A DNA stretch of 57,981 nt. Origin: a virus. Position numbers and translations under genes: made by a program. The notes beneath the pieces were generated by a model. The model saw nothing but the letters and a program-made list of their open reading frames with translations. It was not told where the DNA came from and did not search any database. The stretch lies in the IMG/VR virus record IMGVR_UViG_3300019926_000104, positions 1-57,981 of that record, one strand, 5' to 3'. This document shows, piece by piece, positions 51,203-57,981 of this stretch; positions within the stretch are counted from its first letter, which is position 1; every line of letters begins with the position of its first letter.

Positions 51203-53319
51203 GATACGAGGATTTCAACCAAGAGGACTTAGAACACATCGTCACGTTCTACAAAAACTACTGTAAGGACAAGATAGGCGAACTGGCCCAGAAGTTCCCA
51301 CAGGACAAAGAAAGCCTCTGGGTTGACGTAGACGGGGCACTGTATCGGTATGATCCCGACCTAGCCGACGACGTAAAACAGAATCCAGAAACGTTCCGAG
51401 AGCTGTTTGAAGAAGCCCTACCGCTGTATGATTTGCCTGTTGATGTTGACCTATCGGATGCTACGGTTCGGTTCCATAACATCAACACGCACCAGAAGAA
51501 GGTAGATGAAATCAGGAACGACGACGTAGACCGCCTAATCTCCATTGACGGGCAAATATCAAAGGCTACGGCTGTGCGTCCGGTCGTGAAAGAAGCCGCC
51601 TATGAATGCACTCGTTGTGGTATCATCACGCGGATGCCCGTAGAAAACGAACTCCAAGAACCACACGAATGCCAGGGCTGTGAACGGCAAGGTCCGTTTA
51701 CCTTCGACTATCACAAGTCCGTTGTTCGTGACCACCAACTAATCAGAGTCACCCAGCCACCCGAAGAGGCTACGAACAGTTCACAGGACGGCGGAGACAT
51801 TGATGCTCACGTAGAGGGCGACTTAGTGGGCTACGCGGATGCAGGGGAGCGAGCGGATGTATCTGGTGTTCTCAAAGCAGACACGGGAGATAACGACAAG
51901 CCAACGCTTGATTTCCGATTCAAGGCCCACGCAATCGACAAGGTAGACGATGATTACAGGGACTTGGAGGTTAACGACCACAAAGACGAGATAGAACAGA
52001 TAGTCAACGACGGAAACCCGTTCGTTGCACTGGCTGAATCTATTGCACCGGGTATCACTGGTGGGGAAGATAAGGACATAGAAACGCCGTGGGGCGAAAC
52101 CTATGATAAGTACTGGTGGATTCGCCTTGCGACTGGTGTTGCTAACCTGTTCGGTTCCTGGCGGCGAGAGAACGGAGATGGAACCTACCAGCGCGGGGAC
52201 AGTCACACACTCCTAATTGGTGATCCATCGACAGGCAAATCTACTATCATGGACTCAGTAACCCAGATAGCCCCACGCAGTGCCTCAGAAAGTGGGAAGA
52301 ACGCAAGTGGGGCAGGGCTTACCGCCGCTGCTGTGAATGATGATTTCGGGGACTCTAATTGGTCGCTTGAAGCCGGAGCACTCGTGAAAGCCCACAACGG
52401 CGTAGCCGCGATAGACGAGATAGACAAAATGGCCCGCGAGGATTTGAATAGGCTACACTCTGCATTAGAACGACAGCGACTAGAGTTCAACAAGGCTGGC
52501 ATAGATGCTACCCTCAAGTGTGAAACCAGTATGCTTGCCTCTGGCAACCCGAAGGGGAGCCGGTTCAACAAGTACGATACCGACCAATCCCAGATTGAGA
52601 TAGTCGAAAGTCTGTTAGACCGCTTTGACCTTGTGTTCACCCTCAAGGACATTCCCGACGAAACCAAGGACCGAAAGATTGCACAGTCGAAGATTGCACA
52701 ACGCTCGGAATCTGGCCTAATCGCAAAGAACGAGCTGGAACCAGATAACCGCTCGGCGGCAAAAGCAGAACTCTCACCAGAGAAGGTCCGGTCGTGGGTT
52801 GCTATGGCCCGGCAGAATGTTCGGCCTGTGATTCGTGACAACGACGTAGCGGAGAAACTGGAAGAGTATTACGTCTCCATTCGGCAGCAGAACGCGGACA
52901 ACAACGACGACGATGAATCACCAGTGCCAGCAACAGCACGGAATCTGGACGGTGTGTTGCGGCTGTCAGAGGCGTGTGCGCGTATGCGTCTGTCCGATGA
53001 AGTGGAAATGGTAGACGCTGAAATGGCTATCGCCCTGGTGAAGGTGAGTCTACAGGACGTTGGCTATGATCCAGAGACAGGCAAGATGGATGCTGATTGG
53101 GCCAACGGTCGGGGTTCATTTTCGCAACAAGAGCGGATGGACAAGATAGAAGGACTCATTAGCGAGCTTGAGGGTGAAGAACCAGCCGGGGAAGATAACC
53201 TTGTCCAAACCGCCGTAGACGCTGGAATTGAACAAGAGAAAGTCATAGACACCATAGAGAAATTGGCCCGCAAAGGCGAGATATACGAACCGAAGACGGG
53301 CTACTATCGAGTTAGCTAA
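51199..53319 (+). CDS. mcm: MCM replicative helicase
   Basis: Zn finger CTRCG ... CQGC, Walker A GDPSTGKST, Walker B AAIDEIDKM, SALERQ, arginine finger DRFDLVF. Confidence 0.93.
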   Translation: MRYEDFNQEDLEHIVTFYKNYCKDKIGELAQKFPQDKESLWVDVDGALYRYDPDLADDVKQNPETFRELFEEALPLYDLPVDVDLSDATVRFHNINTHQKKVDEIRNDDVDRLISIDGQISKATAVRPVVKEAAYECTRCGIITRMPVENELQEPHECQGCERQGPFTFDYHKSVVRDHQLIRVTQPPEEATNSSQDGGDIDAHVEGDLVGYADAGERADVSGVLKADTGDNDKPTLDFRFKAHAIDKVDDDYRDLEVNDHKDEIEQIVNDGNPFVALAESIAPGITGGEDKDIETPWGETYDKYWWIRLATGVANLFGSWRRENGDGTYQRGDSHTLLIGDPSTGKSTIMDSVTQIAPRSASESGKNASGAGLTAAAVNDDFGDSNWSLEAGALVKAHNGVAAIDEIDKMAREDLNRLHSALERQRLEFNKAGIDATLKCETSMLASGNPKGSRFNKYDTDQSQIEIVESLLDRFDLVFTLKDIPDETKDRKIAQSKIAQRSESGLIAKNELEPDNRSAAKAELSPEKVRSWVAMARQNVRPVIRDNDVAEKLEEYYVSIRQQNADNNDDDESPVPATARNLDGVLRLSEACARMRLSDEVEMVDAEMAIALVKVSLQDVGYDPETGKMDADWANGRGSFSQQERMDKIEGLISELEGEEPAGEDNLVQTAVDAGIEQEKVIDTIEKLARKGEIYEPKTGYYRVS

Positions 53320-53525
53320 TGCCCTCTACCAATCAGAGTAACCAGAGTAAGGGCGACTACGACACACAAGCCGAACGGTTCATACAATCCGACATGGACA
53401 TAGGGCCACTCGTTCGTGGCATCGAGAGCAAAGAGCGGTGTGAACACTGGATAGAAGAGGCCGACCGATTAGACGCCGAACACGCAAAGAAGGCACTGAC
53501 AGAACGACTCTGGCAGCTTAGTTAA
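53319..53525 (+). CDS. Hypothetical protein
   Basis: 68-aa ORF; its start shares one base with the mcm stop. Confidence 0.5.
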   Translation: MPSTNQSNQSKGDYDTQAERFIQSDMDIGPLVRGIESKERCEHWIEEADRLDAEHAKKALTERLWQLS

Positions 53526-54075
53526 ACTCGTTCACCCGCTGGAAAATCACGTTGACCAACTGCTGATGCAAGTCTTCGGGCAGTTGGGTTCCCTGATCCC
53601 GTAGGAGTTCTTCGACGTATCGGTAACTAAACTCGACAGCGATAGATTCCCCAGTGTCAAAGACCTGTATCGGAGATTTACGCTGTACGGTTTGTTGTTG
53701 TACCTCTGGTTCGTCGTCTGTGCTACCCTTTACAGGACGATCTTGAATACCCTGAAAGCCTTTGTTGTCGTTGTTGTCGGGCTTCAAAGCATCCAGTGGG
53801 TTGCCTGTGGTTTGTTCTTGTCCACTAAACCGTTCGTTCTGTTCTATCTCCGCTCTATAGTCCGCAAGGTCTGGATACTTGTTGTTCAATATGTCCGAAG
53901 AGTACGATTCGTTTACCGGCCCGTCATTGCCTAAGATTTCTTCACCGGCAATACGGGCCTTCTCCCGGTTGGTTTCCTCTGGATTCTGTGCATGGGCGTC
54001 TATCACGGCCTTCTGCTTGTCCGTGAGGTTTTGATACTCTCTATCAAAGTCGTCGTTGGGGTTGGCCTGCATCAC
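53518..54075 (-). CDS. Putative HTH DNA-binding protein
   Basis: LTDKQKAVIDAHAQNPEETNREKARIAG. Confidence 0.5.
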   Translation of the reverse strand: MMQANPNDDFDREYQNLTDKQKAVIDAHAQNPEETNREKARIAGEEILGNDGPVNESYSSDILNNKYPDLADYRAEIEQNERFSGQEQTTGNPLDALKPDNNDNKGFQGIQDRPVKGSTDDEPEVQQQTVQRKSPIQVFDTGESIAVEFSYRYVEELLRDQGTQLPEDLHQQLVNVIFQRVNEFN

Positions 54076-54154
54076 ATCCTAGCAAATGAGTGGGCGACTA
54101 TAAAATCACATGCATAGTTCAACACAGCATGACTGTTAATGCTGTGATTATTAC

Positions 54155-54481
54155 CTACCTACTATAGCGATAATAGAGTAAGGTTATGGCTGCACCGCCG
54201 GTCAACAACAGCGCCAAGACCACAATGGTAATCCCTGGTGCTGCGACCTGTGGAAGAATTGCACCACCAGTAAGAAGAGTCAATATCACAGGAATCCGAA
54301 TATCGCCGGTTCTGAGGAAGATGCTCAGTGTAATTCCTCCGTAGACAAGTAGACCAACCACCAATATCCCAGCGGAATTTGCATACGTGCACGCAATAGA
54401 TTTGACGAAATTAAAACTAAGCAAATGTTCTATCCCACTTGGGCCACCACAAAACGCCTGCATAGGGATTGTTTCGACCAT
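54155..54481 (-). CDS. Membrane protein (3 TM)
   Basis: Hydrophobic helices; ends ...YYRYSR. Confidence 0.55.
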   Translation of the reverse strand: MVETIPMQAFCGGPSGIEHLLSFNFVKSIACTYANSAGILVVGLLVYGGITLSIFLRTGDIRIPVILTLLTGGAILPQVAAPGITIVVLALLLTGGAAITLLYYRYSR

Positions 54482-54482
54482 G

Positions 54483-54854
54483 TTAGATACCCCGGAAGAA
54501 CTTGATGATACCGAGTGCATAGACCACGGTAATTATACTATACAATGGGCCTGTGACGTAACTTGGCGCTCCTATATTCCCCAACATTGCAGGAAAAGCA
54601 TACACTGTCACGCGCAAACGGCCCAGCGTATTGCTCAGAACGTTGTATGAACCGAACAGCGTACTCCCTGTAGGGGCACCTGTACTGACGTTTTGACTTT
54701 CTCGAACGACACTGTCTACTTTATCATCTTGGCCGACGTTGACCTGTCCACCTAAACCCATATCCTGTGCCGCTCCAGAGGCTATGAGCATCCCTGAAAA
54801 CAGGTTTATGGACATTGTGAAGATGATTAGCAACTCTAAGGTTTTGATTCCCAT
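54483..54854 (-). CDS. Membrane protein
   Basis: N- and C-terminal TM helices. Confidence 0.55.
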   Translation of the reverse strand: MGIKTLELLIIFTMSINLFSGMLIASGAAQDMGLGGQVNVGQDDKVDSVVRESQNVSTGAPTGSTLFGSYNVLSNTLGRLRVTVYAFPAMLGNIGAPSYVTGPLYSIITVVYALGIIKFFRGI

Positions 54855-54899
54855 TGGTCTTATGGGATGTTACACGGCTTGTGGCAAAAAGATTGGTTC

Positions 54900-57176
54900 C
54901 TATCGCCCGCCGGAGTACATGTAACTTATCGTGGCTATCAGGATAGCGATTGTGACGGTCGCTCCTGTGGCGATACCACCTAACCACCCAATCCACCACA
55001 TAATACCGCCAACCATTGAGAGGATAACCGCCCCAATCCTGGCATTGAGCACACTGAATGCCCCAGCGAACAGGATTAGCATACCAATCCCGATAGTCGC
55101 TTGCCAGCCTGAATCTATTGGTAACGTTAGGTCCTTGGTGTTACTGTTGACGTTTGAGAGAACGATTGTTTCACCACCGCGTTCAACCACAAAGTCAACC
55201 TGCCATTCCGTTTCACTCTCGTTGGTATCGAGTAGCGTCTGTCCAGAGTACACACCAAGGTTAAACGCCGTTTCGTTAGGTTGCAGCTTGTTGCTCTTGT
55301 TGTTCCGCTCGTGGATGAACACGGTAATCTTGTCTGTAATCTCCCGTGGGTCGGAATAGGCGTATTCCAGCGTAGAGTTTTCAGAGTCGTCTATGTCGTT
55401 AATCGAAGCGCCATATCCGTAGCCAGCGTCAACCTGTTGTAGGTCTATCGTTGGCTGTCCAGGCTCTACAGCAACGGTTTCACTGGTTGCTGCCCTATAT
55501 GGCCCAACCGCTTGTGATTGCGTCTCCCCGGTAACAGAGAGTTCGTATCGTTCCCCTTCTTGGAGCGTGGCAGTAACCCCCTCTGTGCCAAATTCATCGG
55601 CTACGATAGTCTGATACGTGGTTGTGCCGTTGATCGTGATACCACGCTTTATTTTTAGGACAGTCTCACTCCCATACTGTCCGGTCGGGTCTTCCAAGAC
55701 AAATCTGGATTCTATAGTAGTGTAGGCGCTAGTGTTCAACACATACGCGGTGTTCTGTTCGTATATGCTTTCTATGTAGACTGTTCGCGTCGTGTAGTTC
55801 CCGTCTGTCGGCTCTATCTCCACGATAAAGTCTTGATTGACCGGCAGATTATCAAGGTCTAACGTGCCGTCTGACGCCGTCCGATTGTAGATTTCAGTCT
55901 CTCCGTATATCCTGATTTGACCGTCTGCCGGGACTAACTGGCTTGCATTCGTCTCGTTGCGAACAAAGAGCGTATCGGGGACGGCGTAACTCGTGGCTTC
56001 GCTGGTTGTTTGCCCGTAATCGTCTGTGGCTTCTATCTGGATGTTGTGAGAGCCGCCGGTCTGTCCACTAGAAGGCATGGCAGTGGACACTGTGCTATTG
56101 CTGCTAATCGTCTGCGTATCAACCGTGGAACCGTCTAAGATAATATCGACAGTCAGACTATCTCCATCCTTGCTAAAGTCTGTGTCGTTGACCTGAGCAC
56201 TAATCTGGGAGGGTTCACTATCTAAGTCACCACTTGGCTGAATGTCGGTGATAACGGGGTCGTGGTGGTCGATGGTAAACGTGTTAGTAGTACTTGTGTC
56301 GGTGAGTCCATCGGCGTCCGTGGCCTCGACGTAGTAATCATGATCCCCGTCTGCGTATGGCCCGACAGTAACGCTATAGGTGCCTGCTGTGTCGGCTGTC
56401 GTGGTTTCTTCTAGAGCGCCATCAACGTACCATTCCAGCGTAACCGTATCGTCTGGGTAGTCTGGGTCGTCAACATCAACACTAAGGGTCTGGTTTTCGT
56501 ATCGGGTTGAACCGTCGTCTTGGAGGTTAGATAGACTTGGCCCACCTTCGGAGGTTTCCAGAGAGACAGCGTGCTCACTGTTAGAGAGGTTTGTGAACGT
56601 GGCAACACCGTTACTGTCGGTGGTAGTCGTATCCAGAACGCCGCCGTGGGTTTTGTCGACCGCTCGGATAGAAGTATCAGGACTAAGCCCACGCACGACA
56701 ACTTTAGACTCTCCAGAGGAACCAGCATACACAAAGTCAATCTGCCCGTTATCTATGCCAGCGTTTCTAAATTCGATCCTGTCTATGTCTTTGCCAACCG
56801 TGATAGAGCGCTTGTCCTCTGGGTTGATCGTCACATCATTAGCGGTAGCATCAATGTCTGTTACGTTGGTATAGGTTCCTGTGATATTGTCTGTGCGAAC
56901 AGTCGCCCATGCAGGCCCACTAGATGAAAAAGTGATATTCCCGGCTTCGGTTTCCATAGCCACTGTTTGGGAATCTTGAATTAGTACGTCTGTTTCCATA
57001 ATAACGTTTGTACTACCCTCTATGGTGGCGTTCATGCCACCAGGTGCGCCATAGGGGACACCGTCTGAAACGGACCCTGCATCTCCATCTGCGAATGTGA
57101 CACCAAGGACAACACCAGCACCGAGGATTAGCCCAACAAAGAATATGGCCTTGATTGGGAGTTGACGTTTGGACAT
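54900..57176 (-). CDS. Large sequon-rich envelope or spike-like protein with an N-terminal signal/anchor, Ig-like repeats and a C-terminal multi-TM anchor
   Basis: MSKRQLPIKAIFFVGLILGAGVVLG; more than 15 N-x-S/T sequons; beta-rich Thr/Asp repeats; C-terminal TMs ending ...YSGGR. Confidence 0.7.
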   Translation of the reverse strand: MSKRQLPIKAIFFVGLILGAGVVLGVTFADGDAGSVSDGVPYGAPGGMNATIEGSTNVIMETDVLIQDSQTVAMETEAGNITFSSSGPAWATVRTDNITGTYTNVTDIDATANDVTINPEDKRSITVGKDIDRIEFRNAGIDNGQIDFVYAGSSGESKVVVRGLSPDTSIRAVDKTHGGVLDTTTTDSNGVATFTNLSNSEHAVSLETSEGGPSLSNLQDDGSTRYENQTLSVDVDDPDYPDDTVTLEWYVDGALEETTTADTAGTYSVTVGPYADGDHDYYVEATDADGLTDTSTTNTFTIDHHDPVITDIQPSGDLDSEPSQISAQVNDTDFSKDGDSLTVDIILDGSTVDTQTISSNSTVSTAMPSSGQTGGSHNIQIEATDDYGQTTSEATSYAVPDTLFVRNETNASQLVPADGQIRIYGETEIYNRTASDGTLDLDNLPVNQDFIVEIEPTDGNYTTRTVYIESIYEQNTAYVLNTSAYTTIESRFVLEDPTGQYGSETVLKIKRGITINGTTTYQTIVADEFGTEGVTATLQEGERYELSVTGETQSQAVGPYRAATSETVAVEPGQPTIDLQQVDAGYGYGASINDIDDSENSTLEYAYSDPREITDKITVFIHERNNKSNKLQPNETAFNLGVYSGQTLLDTNESETEWQVDFVVERGGETIVLSNVNSNTKDLTLPIDSGWQATIGIGMLILFAGAFSVLNARIGAVILSMVGGIMWWIGWLGGIATGATVTIAILIATISYMYSGGR

Positions 57177-57278
57177 ACGCTTATTTCTTGTGCAAGCGAC
57201 TAAAGTTTTGGTAGAAGTTGTGGGCCTATGCAAAGTATAATAAGTATGCAGTGTGAACAGGGTAGTGTAACACAGTCT

Positions 57279-57428
57279 ATGACGGACACAAGCATTCGGA
57301 TTAGTAAAGAGAACAAAGACGCACTTGCCCGGCTTGGCGATAAGGGTGATACCTACGACGAGATAATCAGTCGGTTACTCCAAGAAAACGACTATATGAA
57401 GTTCGTAGGCGGTGAGTTAGATGAATAG
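57279..57428 (+). CDS. VapB-like RHH microprotein (49 aa)
   Basis: SIRISKENKDALARLGDKGDTYDEIISRLLQE; TATA-like tataataag about 30 nt upstream. Confidence 0.5.
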   Translation: MTDTSIRISKENKDALARLGDKGDTYDEIISRLLQENDYMKFVGGELDE

Positions 57429-57585
57429 CCGGAATGCCGATGAATCTCGGAATATCGGACTCAAGGACATAGACCAAATCGGCGTTAGCAAAGCAAATAA
57501 AGAGACGTGGGGAGAGGTAGCAGACAATATTAGTAGCGCCGATAACGCACCGCCTCGGACGAAAAACGACAACGGAGACAACTAA
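57421..57585 (+). CDS. Hypothetical microprotein (54 aa)
   Basis: Overlaps the upstream stop by 8 nt. Confidence 0.3.
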   Translation: MNSRNADESRNIGLKDIDQIGVSKANKETWGEVADNISSADNAPPRTKNDNGDN

Positions 57586-57587
57586 TC

Positions 57588-57981
57588 ATGTCGAACGAGG
57601 AAACACAATACAGCGTCATTGACGAAGTCGAACAGCTAAACAAACAGTTCCAGTCCGAAGCGTCCTACGGTGGCGTCTCGCTGAACGGGATTGCTGGCTT
57701 CCACAGCCTGTTCAACCACGACGCTGGTATCAACTTCGCCGGCCACACAGCCCTCCACGCGGCGCTCGATGAGGTGCTGATGGAAGTCGCGCTGGACCCG
57801 GATATTGTCGAACAGAACCACGGCGAGGTGACGCCAGAGGCAATGGCAGAGGATCTGAAAGAACAACTCACGCAGTTCACACAGATTGGGGAGCCGTTCG
57901 CCCACCGACTCTCCCAAGAGTTCCAAGGCAAGCTACAAGGCTACGAATCCGACCTACAGGACCGCGCCGATACGGGAGGTA
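57588..57981 (+). CDS. Hypothetical acidic protein, open at the window end; continues through the overlap to TGA 111..113
   Basis: ATG 57588 with no stop before the window end. Confidence 0.6.
   Translation, partial: MSNEETQYSVIDEVEQLNKQFQSEASYGGVSLNGIAGFHSLFNHDAGINFAGHTALHAALDEVLMEVALDPDIVEQNHGEVTPEAMAEDLKEQLTQFTQIGEPFAHRLSQEFQGKLQGYESDLQDRADTGG
57883..57981 (+). repeat. Terminal overlap copy 2 (identical to 1..99)
   Basis: Base-by-base identity read directly from both window ends. Confidence 0.95.

Larger units (their letters stand above)
1..57981. mobile_element. Complete circularly closed genome of a non-tailed haloarchaeal virus or virus-like plasmid (unique length 57,882 bp)
   Basis: 99-bp exact end overlap with an ORF reading through it. 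MCM, PCNA, Hjc, integrase, RelE, many Zn-ribbon and RHH microproteins, acidic proteome. No terminase, portal or HK97-like ORF recognised by eye. Confidence 0.65.

Noticed and set aside
53518-54075. Possible terminase small subunit (LTDKQKAVID...NREKARIAG resembles Terminase_2 N-termini)
   Set aside because: No large terminase, portal or tailed-virus capsid gene is recognisable anywhere. I kept it as a generic HTH protein.

Overview
The window is a complete, closed genome. Positions 1..99 are identical to 57883..57981, and an ORF reads straight through that junction, so the unique length is 57,882 bp. It looks like a haloarchaeal virus or a virus-like plasmid.

Evidence for a haloarchaeal host:
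- The predicted proteins are strongly acidic.
- One structural candidate carries a twin-arginine signal.
- A HalOD1-like domain and haloarchaeal 'HNH-associated repeat' homing endonucleases are present.
- Promoters look leaderless, with a TATA-like box about 25-35 nt upstream of the ATG.
- GC looks roughly 50% by eye (not computed), which would fit a low-GC haloarchaeal host such as Haloquadratum. That host assignment is speculative.

Genes I recognise:
- Replication and recombination: MCM helicase, PCNA, Hjc resolvase, a possible Rad52-like annealing protein, a PD-(D/E)xK-like nuclease and a CoiA-like nuclease.
- Integration and addiction: a tyrosine integrase and a RelE-like toxin.
- DNA modification: a DpdA/TGT-like DNA-guanine transglycosylase with no preQ0 synthesis genes, and two short C5-methyltransferase-like genes.
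- Homing endonucleases: three HNH genes.
- Surface modification: a GT2 glycosyltransferase plus an alkaline-phosphatase-family enzyme.
- Other: DUF4326-like and T5orf172-like proteins.
- About 13 ribbon-helix-helix (RHH) microproteins, nine of them VapB-antitoxin-like with no PIN toxin nearby.
- About 25 zinc-ribbon microproteins chained by ATGA start/stop overlaps.

I could not recognise a terminase, portal or HK97/jelly-roll capsid gene. The structural candidates are instead:
- small two-helix membrane proteins;
- a 758-aa sequon-rich spike-like protein;
- a Tat-signal beta-helix protein;
- a 1025-aa disordered acidic protein.

Non-coding signals worth noting:
- a hairpin with one compensatory base-pair change between its two copies;
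- a 16-bp perfect palindrome in a divergent promoter;
- a family of 11-bp-arm inverted repeats;
- an intergenic-only 8-mer, TGTGCAAA/TTTGCACA.

No rRNA, tRNA or CRISPR array was found. All domain calls come from motif reading by eye and have not been checked by any search.
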